Notes under the pieces: model-generated
What the model was told of the DNA's origin: nothing
The model's input: only the letters and a program-made list of their open reading frames with translations
Database searches by the model: none
Assembly (NCBI RefSeq): GCF_006345805.1
Contig: NC_043020.1
Span: 5,952,001-6,016,000 of the forward strand
Source: Octopus sinensis
Lineage: Eukaryota
Length of the DNA: 64,000 nt
Reading direction: 5' to 3'
Position numbers and translations under genes: made by a program
Part shown: positions 1-12,777 of the stretch, piece by piece
Layout: each line of letters starts with the position of its first letter
Position numbering within the stretch: position 1 is the stretch's first letter

Positions 1-260
1 ACTCACAAGGCTTGGTCAGCCTGAGGCTATAGTAGAAGAAACTCGGCCAAGGTGCCACACAGTGAGACTGAACCCAGGACCCTGTGGTTGAGATTTTGAG
101 TTATTCTTGCATTCTCTTGTAGCTAAGAGACATTCATGATGTGATTGCTTATTTTTAGAATGACATTGTAGGACAGGTATGAAAGGCCTTTCTGGCCTGT
201 TTTAACATAAATCTGGTAGAATATTGAGGCCAGATATGGCCGGTTTGAAGGCTAAAGGGT

Positions 261-440
261 TCTCTTTTACTTGTTTCAGTCATTTGACTGCGGCCATGCT
301 GGAGCACTGCCTTTAGTCGAGCAAATTAACCCCGGGACTTATTCTATCGGTCTCTTTTGCCAAACCGCTAAGTGACGGGGACATAAACACACCAGCATCG
401 GTTGCCAAGCAATGCTAGGGGGACAAATACAGACACACAA

Positions 441-481
<41 letters not shown>

Positions 482-657
482 TACATATATACGACGGGCT
501 TCTTTCAGTTTCCGTCTACCAAATCCACTCACAAGGCATTGGTCGGCCCGAGGCTATAGTAGAAGACACTTGCCCAAGGTGCCATGCAGTGGGACTGATC
601 CCAGAACCATGTGGTTGGTAAGCAAGCTTCTTACCACACAGCCACTCCTGCGCCTCC
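261..657 (-). mobile_element. tRNA-derived SINE family A (CORE-like CCTTGGGCAAG, central (TA)n(TG)n)
   Basis: Head ggcgcaggagtggctgtgtgg...gttcagtccc, tail ...gaaacaagtaaaagag. Many partial copies occur across the window. Confidence 0.8.
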
Positions 658-1485
658 AAGTATTTTTTCCAATACCCTGACAATCCTGCCTATGGTGTTG
701 TAAATGTTACCCTTTCCTTGCAAAAAAATCCAACAAAAAAACAGTATGATCTTAGTTCATAATGTTGTCCTGGTGAGGCAGGGTCAGTTGTCAATGTTTT
801 TTGATTGAAAGTTTGTGAGTGTTTGCTTGTGGTTGACCTCAGGCTAACCGAATATTGTGTGTGAACAGAAAATGGAACGTGTTTGTCAACTTTGATTTAT
901 GGGTGAGCACAGCTGGCTTCTTTTTTTGTTTGTTTTGTCTTTGCACTTTGGAATGGAAACAATGTGAAAGAGAACAATAGCCAGGAAAGTGGCTTCTATG
1001 TGGTCACTTGAATTGCTAGAAATAGTAGTGACCCCCTCTCCTTCAAATTACATCGTGCCATCCTGAAAAGTGAAGGACTTGCATTTGGCTAGCATAGGTT
1101 TAGTCTTAGACATGAAATGTCTGAGAAAAGAACTGGATAATAATGACTGGGATGTTTTTGATTGTTGATCTGCCCAGATGGAGCTGACCTGAGGTTTGTC
1201 CAGGTTGATAATTTATTAACCCTTTTGATGCCAACCCACCTGAGGTTACCCCTGGTTCTAAGGTAGCAATTCCAGGTTTAAAAAATTTTTTTATTAAAAC
1301 CTTATATCAAAATTTCATATTAATTAATATTCCAAACACTAATTTAGTAAAAAGCGCCTCTGAGGTGCCACGTAAAAGCGCCTGTGCGACATCATGTGAA
1401 AGCGTCCATGCAGTGCCATGGTAAAAGTGCCCATGCAGGGTCATGTAAAAGTACCCATGTGATGCCACATAAAAGCACCCATATA

Positions 1486-1892
1486 GGCGCAGGAGTGGCT
1501 GTGTGGTAAGTAGCTTGTTTACCAACCACATGGTTCCGGGTTCAGTCCCACTGCGTGGCATCTTGGGCAAGTGTCTTCTGCTATAGCCCCGGGCCGACCA
1601 ATGCCTTGTGAGTGGATTTGGTAGACGGAAACTGAAAGAAGCCTGTCGTATATATGTATATATATATAAGTGTGTGTGTGTATATGTTTGTGTGTCTGTG
1701 TTTGTCCCGCTAGCATTGCTTGACAACTGATGCTGGTGTGTTTACGTCCCCGTTACTTAGCAGTTCGGCAAAAGAGACCGATAGAATAAGTACTGGGCTT
1801 ACAAAGAATAAGTCCCGGGGTCGATTTGCTCCTCGACTAAAGGCGGTGCTCCAGCATGGCTGCAGTCAAATGACTGAAACAAGTAAAAGAGA
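1486..1892 (+). mobile_element. SINE family A, full length
   Basis: Same head, central microsatellite and tail. Confidence 0.8.
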
Positions 1893-4696
1893 GATATGGG
1901 ACCATGTAAAAGTACCCGATACACTCTGTAAAGAGGTTGGCATTAGGAGGGGCATCCAGCTGTAATTACTACATTATTTTATTTATGTACATTTAGTGTT
2001 TGTAGTACAAAAGCCATTTTGTCGTAGAGAATTACGACTTAAAATTCACACTAGCTAATCCTTCGTACTAACTACTAGAGTTCACAACAATTCAAATAAG
2101 TCTTGTTGGATTTTTATCATAGACAAGGCATAAAAAATAGCCAATATCACAATGAGTGTTGTGAAGTTTAGTAACATCCAACTATCACTATTGTGAGTGT
2201 CGTGGGGTTTAGTAACATCCTACGAACACTGAGTAATTTCCCAAAAACCAGGGTTTTTATAACTGCTCATATCCGAATTCTAAGAACTGTATTTTGTGAA
2301 AGAATTCTCTTTGATGAAAGTTTAGAATTTGTATATAAGCAGTAATTTTAACCAATGGGATTACCAACAATTATGCTTGTTCGGACAAACAACCATTACG
2401 TTATATTGCCGCCTTTTACGACTTGCTACACAACCTTGCCTGGAGGGAAACTTGTGCCTTGGAAAGGAACTTGCGCTTCAGAGGGGAACTTTGTTGGTGC
2501 AATGTCCTAGTGATTCACAACCAACAGGTGGTCTTTACCATCTCTCTCTCTGTATATATATATGAGGTTCTCAAAAAAACTTGCTCTCCTCTGCAAAACT
2601 GACTTCTAGAAGTGCTATATTTTGGGGTCTCCATCCATTAGTGACTTCCTCCCCCAAGCATTAGGTCTCCGGCTTCCCCTTCCCTCTCTCTCTTTTCCTC
2701 CCCCTCCCAGCAACTGTATCATTTTTACTTCTCCTGCGACTCACTGCCACCCACCCCATTGCTCTGCATCCCTCTGGCATCCCCAGCTCATAGCTCTGGT
2801 CACATCCACCCTCAGCCCTACCCATTTTGGCAGTCTGCCTTCCCACCCATCATTCACCTTACCATACCACCCACCTACCCACCGACTTTCTCTCAGCTTG
2901 TATCTTGTGGGTTCTGGGTTCACCTGGGGGCACCTTATCAGCATTATCTGTATCTGGCATACAAAAAAGCACCCGGTACCTTCCATTTGTTTCAGTCATT
3001 AGACTGTGGCCATGCTGGGGCACCACCTTCAAGAATTTTTAGTTCAACAAATCAACCCTTGTACTTATTTTTTTTTAAAACCTGGCACTCATTCTATCAG
3101 TCTCTTTTGCTGAGCCACTAAGTTACAGGGACGTAAACACACCAACACCAGTTGTCAAGCAGTGATGGGGGACAAACACAGACACAAAGACACATATATA
3201 TATTCCTTTTCTTTCCTTTTTTTTTACTTATTTCAGTCATTTGACTGCGGCCATGCTGGAGCTCTGCCTTTAGTCAAAAAAAAATCGACCCCAGGACTTA
3301 TTCTTTGTATGCCTAGTACTTATTCTATCGGTCTCTTTTGCTGAACCACTAAGTTATGGGGACGTAAACACACCAGCATCAGTTGTCAAGTGATGTTGGG
3401 GGTACAAACATAGACACACAAACATATACACACACACATGTATATATACATACATATATTTACATACATATATATACATATATATATATATCATCATCAT
3501 CGTTTAACGTCTGCTTTCCGTGCTAGTATGGGTTGGACGATTTGACTGAGGGCTGGCGAACCAGGAGGCTGCAGCAGGCTCCAGTCTTGATTTGGCATAG
3601 TTTCTACAGCTGGATGCCCTTCCTAACGCCAACCACTCCAAGAGTGTAGTGGGTGCTTCTACATGCCACGGGTATGGGGGCCAGTGAGGCGGTACTGGCA
3701 ACGACCTCGCTCAAATCTTTTTATACATGCCACCGGCACAGGTGCCAGTAAGGCAATGCTGGTAGCAATCACACGCGAATGGTGCCTTTTATGTGCCACT
3801 GGCATGGAAGCCAGTTAGCCGCTCTGACAACGATCACGCTCGATATATATATATATATATATACATACATACATACATACAACAGGCTTCTTTCAGTTTC
3901 CACCTACCAAATCCACTCACAAGGCCCAAAGCTATAGTAGAAGACATTTGCCCAAGGTGCCACACAGTGAAACTGAACCCGGAACCATGTGGTCGGTAAC
4001 CAAGCTACTTACCACACAGCCACTCCTGCGCCTATATGATAGGCTTCTTTCAATTTCCATCTACCAAATCCATTCACAAGGCATTAATCAGCCTGAGTCT
4101 TTAAAAGAAATCACTTACCCAAGGTGCCATGTAGTGGGTCTGAACCCAGAACTATGTGGTTGTTAAACAAACAACATACCACACAGCCACAGTGCATGTT
4201 TTAACTTTTATTTATTTTAGTTGGTTTTTAAAAAAAATTTTTTTTTTTTTACCAAAGTTTAAAAGTGATTTTTGTACTTTAATACTAGAATATTCTAATA
4301 AGGCCACAACAACCATTGTATCCTGATTTATTCCATAGACTTTAGAAATGGTGAACAGCAATTTTTTGTAAACCTGTTTCATCGCTTTAATGGTGTTAGT
4401 TTAAAATGCAAAAGGCCTCATTAATGACATTTGATTTTCCAAGTTCAAACCTTGCTTGGAGCATCATACTTTGACCTCAAAATTGCTTTGTGCTAATTAA
4501 TCCTTTCGTTACTATATTTCTTAAGTACACTGGTTTGGTTTCAATTAATTTTGAAAATAATGAAGAATTATTTAGTTCATGTTTAGAACAGAAATTAGCC
4601 TGAAATTTCGGTGGAAGGGTTTTAATTTAGATCACTTTAACCCTTTGGTTACCATATTTCTGTGGGAATACACCGTGTTTCAAGTAATTCTTAAAA

Positions 4697-4890
4697 TACT
4701 CTTTTACTCATTTGACTGTGGCCATGCTGGAGCACTGCCTTTAGTCGAGTAAATCGACCCCGGGACTTATTCTTTGTAAGCCTAGTACTTATTCTATTGG
4801 TCTCATTTGCTGAACCGCTAAGTTACGGGGACGTAAACACACCACCATCAGTTGTCAAACGCTGTTGGGGGGACAAACACAGACACACAA

Positions 4891-4947
<57 letters not shown>

Positions 4948-5220
4948 TACACATATATAATATATATACATATATATATATATACACATATATATACATA
5001 TATATATACACATATATATATATATACATATATATATACATATATATATATATACATATATACGACAGGCTTCTTTCAGTTTCCGTCTACCAAATCCACT
5101 CACAAGGCATTGGTCAGCCCGGGGCTATAGCAGAAGACACTTGCCCAAGATGCCACGCAGTGGGACTGAACCCGCAACCATGTGGTTGGTTAGCAAGCTA
5201 CTTACCACACAGCCACTCCC
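4697..5220 (-). mobile_element. SINE family A with an expanded central microsatellite, inserted in a MITE
   Basis: Family consensus with about 170 bp of (TA/TACA)n in the centre. Confidence 0.8.
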
Positions 5221-5574
5221 GCGAATTAATTTTGAGAATAACGAAGAATTAGTAAAACAAACTTTTATCATGAAAATGTCGTGATTATCAAATTACAGAG
5301 TTAAGGATACAGACGTCAGTAAAACACTTTTGTCATTATTTAGCTTGTACATGAGATATAAATTAGGATGGAATTTTGATGAATGATTTTAATTTAGGTC
5401 ACTTTAAACCAGGAAGTTTGTATGATAGAACCAAAGGCTGTCTCAAGTGGGTTGCTATGAAGAGGGTAAATATAGTCAGATTAGTATGGCAGAAGATTAA
5501 GTTCCCACATATCCATCAGTTGGTTGGCTGGTATTTTGGAAAGCCAGCCAACCGTCTCTTTTTCCATAAATGCG

Positions 5575-6030
5575 TGGGTTTATTGTCTTCCCAATAGCAA
5601 CATATGGATGCGAGACCTGGATACTAAAGAAAGCTGACCAGAAGAGAATTAATGCATTCGAGCTTTGGTGTTGGAGAAGACTTTTACGGATTCCATGGAC
5701 AGCGAGGCTCACCAATGGAGAAGTTCTTAAGCAGATCAGGCCGAAAATGTCGCTAGAAGCTAGGATCACCAAGCATAGATTGGCATATTTCGGTCATATT
5801 ATGCGGAGAAAATCCCTGGAGAAGGACATCATGCTCGGAATGGTCAGTGGCAAGAGAGGAAGAGGCCGACCAAGAACCCGCTGGCTTGACACCATCAGGA
5901 GTGATACCGGAATGGACATAGCCAATCTGAAAGAAGCGGCCCAGGATAGAACTGACTAGAGGACACTGATCCAACGAGTGACCGAGAGTCGACTTCGACT
6001 GAGCGGATAGAGAGAGAGAGAGAGAGAGAG
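5575..6030 (+). mobile_element. 5'-truncated RTE (BovB-like) LINE 3' end with (AG)n tail
   Basis: YGCETWILKKADQKRINAFELWCWRRLLRIPWTAR...FGHIMRR..LEKDIMLG.V.GKR.RGRPRTRWLD, ending VTESRLRLSG* followed by (AG)n. Confidence 0.9.
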
Positions 6031-6563
6031 GGAGTTTATTCAAAGTATGGAGCATGGCTCAGTGGCTAGAGTGTTGAGCTCACAATCATGAGATAGTGAG
6101 TTCGATTCTTGGACCGGGGTGTGTGTTGTGTTGCTCCAGTTCACTCAGCTGTAGAAATGAGTTGCGACGTCACAGGTGCCAAGCTGTATCGGCCCCTTTG
6201 CCTCTCCCTTGGATAACATCAGTGGCATAGAGAGGGGAGGCTGGTATGCATGGGCGACTGCTGGTCTTCCATAAAACAACCTTAACCAGACTTGTGCCGC
6301 AGAGGGTAACTTTCTAGGTGCAATTCCATGGTCATTTGTGACCAAAGGGGGTCTTTACCTTTTCACTCTATTTGAGGTAGATTTTCTACAGCCAACCTTC
6401 TTGTTGCCAGCCCTCACCTGTCTCTAGGCCAGATAAGATTTCCCCATGGCCAGACAAGTTTTCACACAAGACTGGAAACAAAGGACTGTGTATGACCTGA
6501 CATTTGTTGGCAACTATCTCACAATCTAAAGACAAGGAAACACTACCCCCCCCCCCCATATAT

Positions 6564-6594
<31 letters not shown>

Positions 6595-7564
6595 CATACA
6601 TATATATATATATATATACATACATGTGTATATCTTTTATCTTTTATTCATTTCAATCATTAGACTGTGGCCATGCTGGGGCACTACCCTGAAGAGTGTC
6701 TCATTGAATGAATTGACCCTAGTATTAATTTTTTTTTTTTAAGCCTGGTACTTGTTCTATCAGTCTCTTTTACTGAATTGCTAAGTTATGAGGATATAAA
6801 CAAACCAACACTGGTTGTCAAGCAGTGGTGGTGGGGATAAACACATACACACACACACATGTATATATATATATCTCATCATCATTTAACGTCCATCTTC
6901 CATGCATGCATGGGTAGGACAGTTGACAGGAGCTGGCCAGGTAGAAGACAACCCCAGGTTACTGTGTGTTTTGGCAGGGTTTTTACAGCTGGATGCCCTT
7001 CCTAACACCAACCACTCTGCAGAGTGGACTCAGTGCTTTTTATATAGCCCTAATGCAGGCGAGGTTAGTTTTGGCATGATTTTTACAGCGAGATGCCCTT
7101 TTTTCACTTTCTGCTCACCAAATCCACTGACTAGGCTTTGGTCAGCCTGGGGCTTTATTAGAAGACACTTGCCCAAGGTGCCACACAGTGGGACTGAACC
7201 CAGAACCATGTGATTATCCACTCCTGCATCTAAACCCATCAGGACTATGAACCTGGCTCCCTCTGAATATACTTGTACTGACGACCAATAAATGGGTCCC
7301 TCTCGTTTACAGTAAGTACAATCAGTTCATTCTGCTAATCCCTTTAAGATATTAATTAGTAAATAAATAAATATATTTATCTTTAAGCTGGAGTAGCTTG
7401 TAGGATATTGCACTGGATGGAAACATCGGACGAGGGATTATGTGGTGTAAGGGATAAAATCTGCGAGAAAAAAGTCACAAGGGATTAATGAGGGATCAGC
7501 TTAAAAGCGCTCATATGTATGGACTTGAAGAACTCACAGGTGAAGAGGGGCCGTTTAAATAATA

Positions 7565-7757
7565 ATGACTATATTAGTGATGATGATGATGATGATGGAT
7601 AAGATAATGGTAGATGTTTTGGTGGTGATGATGATGATGATGGTGGTGGTGGTGATGGTGGTGGTGATGATGATGATGATGATGATGATGGTGATGATGG
7701 TGGTGGTGGTGATGATGGTGGTGATGGTGGTGATGATGGTGGTGGTGATGATGGTGG

Positions 7758-7801
<44 letters not shown>

Positions 7802-7931
7802 GTGGTGATGATGATGGTGGTGATGATGGTGGTGGTGGTGATGATGATGATGGTGATGATGGTGGTGGTGGTGGTGGTGATGATGGTGATGGTGATGATG
7901 GTGATGATGATGATGGTGGTGATGATGGTGG

Positions 7932-7962
<31 letters not shown>

Positions 7963-8070
7963 GGTGATGATGATGATGATGATGAAGAGTGTGACAGCAA
8001 ATGTGTTGATGATGTAGGTGATGGTGCTGATGATGATGCTGGTGTAGGTTGTGGCAATGGTGGTGATTAA
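7565..8070. repeat. (GAT/GGT)n compound trinucleotide microsatellite
   Basis: About 500 bp of interspersed GAT and GGT. Confidence 0.95.
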
Positions 8071-8199
8071 AGATAGATGATTAATGAATTAACGTATTTA
8101 GAGTGATTATGGTTAACTTATGTCTTGTGATGTTGTCGAGGAACCCCACCCACAAAATATTGGTTTCTTAGACTCTGTGGGTGTGTCATGTGTCTGCGT

Positions 8200-8237
8200 A
8201 TGTGTTTGTATATATATATGCATATGCATGTGTTTAT

Positions 8238-8278
<41 letters not shown>

Positions 8279-8347
8279 TGCACATAATGTGTGTGTTGAT
8301 GTCCATATGGATGTGTGTATCTTTAAATATATATGTGTGTGCACAAG

Positions 8348-8400
<53 letters not shown>

Positions 8401-9000
8401 CAGGGTGCTTGTTTTCATCTATGTGTGTATGCGTCTATGTATGCTTGTACATATGTATATTTCTGTATGAATATCTATGTATATGTATTCCTGTGTGTCT
8501 GTACATGTATGTGTGGTATATGTGTATTCGTATATTTTTGTGTGTGTGTGTATATATGTATATAGGTTTATGTTTGTATATGTATATCTGCATGTGTGTA
8601 TATGCATGTTTATGTATGAAAGAGTGTAAATATATATTGTGTATGTATGTATGTATATTTGTGCATGAATATGTATGCCTATGTGTATATGTGTGTGTGT
8701 ATGTGGGTGGAGGGGGTAAATGTATATAATATGTGTAATATGAGTGTATATTTACATGCGTATGTATGTATGTATGTATATTTATGTGTGAATATGTGTG
8801 TGTGTGGGGGTAAATGTGTGTGTATATTTATGTGTGTATGTATGTATATTTATGTGTGAATGTGTGTGTGTGTATGCCTGTATAGGCATGTTTGTGCATG
8901 TATGTATAAATGTGTATGTATATGTATGTATGGTATGTATATGTATGTCTAACACTGTGTGTGCATGTGTGTGTGTGTTTGTGTGTGTGTGTGTTATGTT
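8200..9000. repeat. (TG)n/(TA)n low-complexity tract
   Basis: Direct inspection. Similar tracts at about 12250-12900, 33390-33665, 34830-35520 and 61800-62025. Confidence 0.9.
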
Positions 9001-9178
9001 ACGTCTGTATGTGCGTTATACGAGACCAGGATTTCCTTCTCTCTTTCTCTCTCTCGCTCGCTCCCCCCCCCACCATTCTTTCGTATCCAACCCACCCCTT
9101 CATCAATACTCCACCCCCACCCACACACTATAGAAAACTGGTCATCATCTCGATGATGTGTCATCTGCCCATGACAAA

Positions 9179-9491
9179 GTCATGTGATGTGTCGGCCTGG
9201 ACATTGCCTTCGCCATCGCTGCCAGGCAGCATCCCTGTTATATAATTAAAAAAAAAAAAGCAAAAAAAAACAAAACAACAGTTGCTATGGAGACAGACAC
9301 AAGAACCTCAAGCTGCTGACTGGATCGGCAGTAGGGTGGAGGGGCATGGCAGAGGGGACGGCATATGAGGTTAGGGTTAGGGCGAGTGTGGCTTGACGAG
9401 GAAGCGAGATCTATCGAGGAAGATAATTGAACCCATTATGAGTCACTCAACCGATCAGCTTTGAGTTCGTGAGGTACTCTCGAATGAGTCA
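9179..9491. promoter_or_regulatory. Candidate enhancer motif cluster (M-box, RFX X-box, two AP-1 sites)
   Basis: GTCATGTGAT at 9179, GTTGCTATGGAGAC at 9281-9294, and TGAGTCA at 9439 and 9485, in non-repeat, relatively CpG-retaining sequence. Confidence 0.3.
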
Positions 9492-10391
9492 CACATTTAC
9501 ACTCCACTCGGTCAGGTTTCAGGCAGAATCTTGTGTTTACAGGGTTCATATACACAAGCAATACACACAATTCCGCCATATTTATAGGTGCAGGAGTGGC
9601 TGTGTGGTAAGAAGCTTGCTTACCAACCACATGGCTCTGGGTTCAGTCCCACTGCATGGCACCTCGGGCAGCAAGTGTTTTCCACTATAGCCTTGGACTA
9701 GCCAATGCTTTATGAATGGTTTTGATAAATGGAAACTGAAAGAAGCCCATTGTGTCACCATCATCATCATCTTTTAATGTTCATTTTCCATGCTGGCATG
9801 GGTTTGACATGTATATGTGTGCGTGTATGTATGTATGCATGTATAGGTGTATGTGTGCATGTATGTATACATGTATGTGTGTGTGTGTGTGTTTGTTTCC
9901 CACTGCCTTCACTTGACAACCGGTGCTTTCTGTAAAGAGGGCTGGTGTTAGGAAGGGCATCCAGGTGTAGAAACCGTGCCAAAACGGACAGATGTATGCA
10001 ATTGTGCATCAAAATATCTGACATTGGTCAACCGAAAATGACCCCTTGTGCAGCAAGACAACACAAGATCTCCTTCTGCTCGAATGGCTCATAATAAACT
10101 CCAAGGAGTTGAGGGACTCAAACTAATGCCACAATGGAGACGAGTGGCTTAGTGGTTAGGGAGTTGGACTCATGATCATAAGATTGTGGTTTCAATTCCT
10201 GGACCGAGCAACACATTGTGTTCTTGAGCAAAACACTTCATTTCACGTTGCTCCAGTTCACTCAGCTGGCAAAAGTAAGTAACCCTGCGACAGACCAGCG
10301 TCCTGTCCAGGTGGGAAATTTATGTGTCTTGGAACCAGGAAACCAGCCCTTATGAGTTGGTATGACTCGAGAAACTAAACTTTACTTTTAA

Positions 10392-10957
10392 CCCTTCTGT
10401 TACTGTATTTATTTTGAGATGCTCTGTATTTCTTTCAATTACTTTAAATACAACAAAGATTTTAATAAAATAACTTGGTTATCATTAAGCTAGTGTTAGG
10501 AACATAAATTGTGACAAAGGTTTGGTGGAAGATTTTTATTCAAAACTTATGAAAACAAGACATTTATACTACAGAGTTAGAGGTGGTTTCAGCCAGAATG
10601 GTAATGAAAGGGTTAAGAGAAGCTGTTTAAGAAAGAAAGAATGATTTTATTGCTGTTGAGGTCATCTTCACCTTTCATATCTTCAACATCAATACTAATG
10701 GGACCTGTGGAAATTCCACAAAGCGAAAAAGATTAACCCTTTTGTTACCATATTTCTGTTGAGATACTCTGTGTTCCTTTCAATTAATTTTAAATATAAC
10801 AAAGAATTTTGTAAAATAGATTCGTTATCATTCAGCTAGTGTTAGGAACATAAATTGTGACTAAGGTTCGGTGGAAGATTTTAATTCAGAACTTATGAAA
10901 ACAAGACATTTGAACTCAGAGCCAGAGCCGGTTTCAGCCGGGTTGGTACCAAATGGG
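10392..10957. mobile_element. Composite of two piggyBac-type MITEs (10392-10612 and 10737-10957) around a 116-bp spacer
   Basis: Each unit is TTAA|CCCTT...GGG|TTAA. Spacer at 10617-10732. The same composite recurs at 36985-37554. Confidence 0.8.
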
Positions 10958-10966
10958 TTAAACTAA

Positions 10967-11140
10967 TGCCTCACCCAGCATATAGTCCAGACCAAGCTCC
11001 CTTGAATTATTATTTCTCCCAATCCTGCTCTTGTGATACTTCATCAACCAAGAGGAGATGGAAGCTTTGGTGATGGAGTTCTTCACCTTGAAGAACAAAA
11101 ATTGGTATCAGTGTGGGATCAAAGAACTGGCAGAAATGTC
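10967..11140 (+). pseudogene. Mariner transposase C-terminal fragment
   Basis: PHPAYSPDQAPLNYY (YSPDLAPxD motif), a frameshift, then EEMEALVMEFFTLKNKNWYQCGIKELAE. Confidence 0.7.
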
Positions 11141-12397
11141 TTGGCATTGCACAGTAGTTGCGAACAAGTGTGACAGTCATAATACAAGCAGCGTCGATCA
11201 TTCCCAATATTCCGTGCGAACATGATTGGCCATGGGGAAGTATATTATCTTCCCTTCACAACTGCTTCCACAAATTCTATCCAAACCATGCAAAGCATGA
11301 AAAAGCAGGTGTTAAAGCAATGATGACGATGACGACAAGGAACTGATGGTCAAACAGAAAGAGAACCTCATTCCCTTTCTGAAGGCGGCAAGCTGGCAGA
11401 AACGTTAACATGCCGGGCGAAACGCTTAGCAGTATTTCGTCTGTCTTTACGTTCTGGGTTCAAATTCCGCCGAGGTCGACTTTGCCTTTCATCCTTTCGG
11501 GGGTCGATAAATTAAGTACCAGTTACGTACTGGGGTCAATCTAATTGACTTAATCCGTTTGTCTGTCCTTGTTTGACCTCTCTGTGTTTAGCCCCTTGTG
11601 GGCAGTAAAGAAATAGGTATTTCGTCTGTCTTTACGTTCTGGGTTCAAATTCCGCCAAGGTCGACTTTGCCTTTCATCCTTTCGGGGTTAATAAATTAAG
11701 TACCAGTTACACACTGTGGTCGATCTAATCGACTTAATCTCCTTGTCTGTCTTTGCTTGTCCCCTGTATGTTTAACCCCTTGCGGGCAATAAAGAAATAA
11801 GAAAGAGAACCTCATTGTCGTCATTGTCATCGTCATCATTTAACATCCGTTTTTCCATGCTGGCATGGGTTGGACGGTCTGAGAGAGTTTGATGACCTGC
11901 AGAGTTATGTAAAGACCCTCAGGTCAGCTTTGGCTTACGTGACCACAATAAACCGACAGCAAACCAAATACAGGTGCTCCATGAACAGTAAACATTGACC
12001 ATAAATAAACAATAGAAAACTGTCAGATATAGAGGACAACAGGTGTGACCAGCTATCGATATTGTAGAAAACAGTTATGAAATAGTGAACAATTGTGTCA
12101 GAGAGTGTGAGGGTCATGAACAGTGAACAGTGATGGTTAACAATGAACAATAGGTTTAAATAACGGACAGTGAACAAAGATGCCAAGAGGGAACAAAATA
12201 ATTATAGTACAAGCTATAAATCAATAATACAGAACTGGAGAGATAAACCACTAATCCAGAGATTATATATGTGTGTATGTATACGTATATATTTACATAC
12301 ACAGATGCATACATTTACACAACTGCTTTCCGTGTATGTATGTGTGTATAGATATGTGTGGTGTGTGTGTGCATATGTATGAATATATGTCTGGGTG

Positions 12398-12429
<32 letters not shown>

Positions 12430-12739
12430 GATACTTATATACATGTATGTATGTAAATATATATATATATACACACAGATACTTATATACATGTATATAT
12501 ATATATATATACACACATATACTTATATACATGTATGTATATATATATATACACACATATACTTATATACATGTATGTATATATATTATACACACATATA
12601 CTTATATACATGTATGTTATATATATATACATATATATATATACACAAAGATACTTATATACATGTATATATGTATATATATATACATACATACTTATAT
12701 ACATGTATTTATGTATATATATACACACAGAAACTTATA

Positions 12740-12777
<38 letters not shown>

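Noticed and set aside
7278-7320. Hammerhead-like CTGACGA (also CTGATGA at 22822, 33194 and 47789)
   Set aside because: No correctly placed GAAA after a stem II and no stem I.
7626-7985. Pure poly-His frame on - (and poly-M/V on +) from the GAT/GGT repeat
   Set aside because: This follows automatically from the repeat (CAT/CAC). There are no splice or start signals and no GHG-type motifs of cephalopod His-rich beak proteins.
8118-9245. Long ORFs rich in Y/I/C/V/H/T (also at 4.8, 12.3, 33.3, 34.7, 56.4 and 61.8 kb)
   Set aside because: These are translations of (TA)n/(TG)n microsatellites, which lack stops in some frames.
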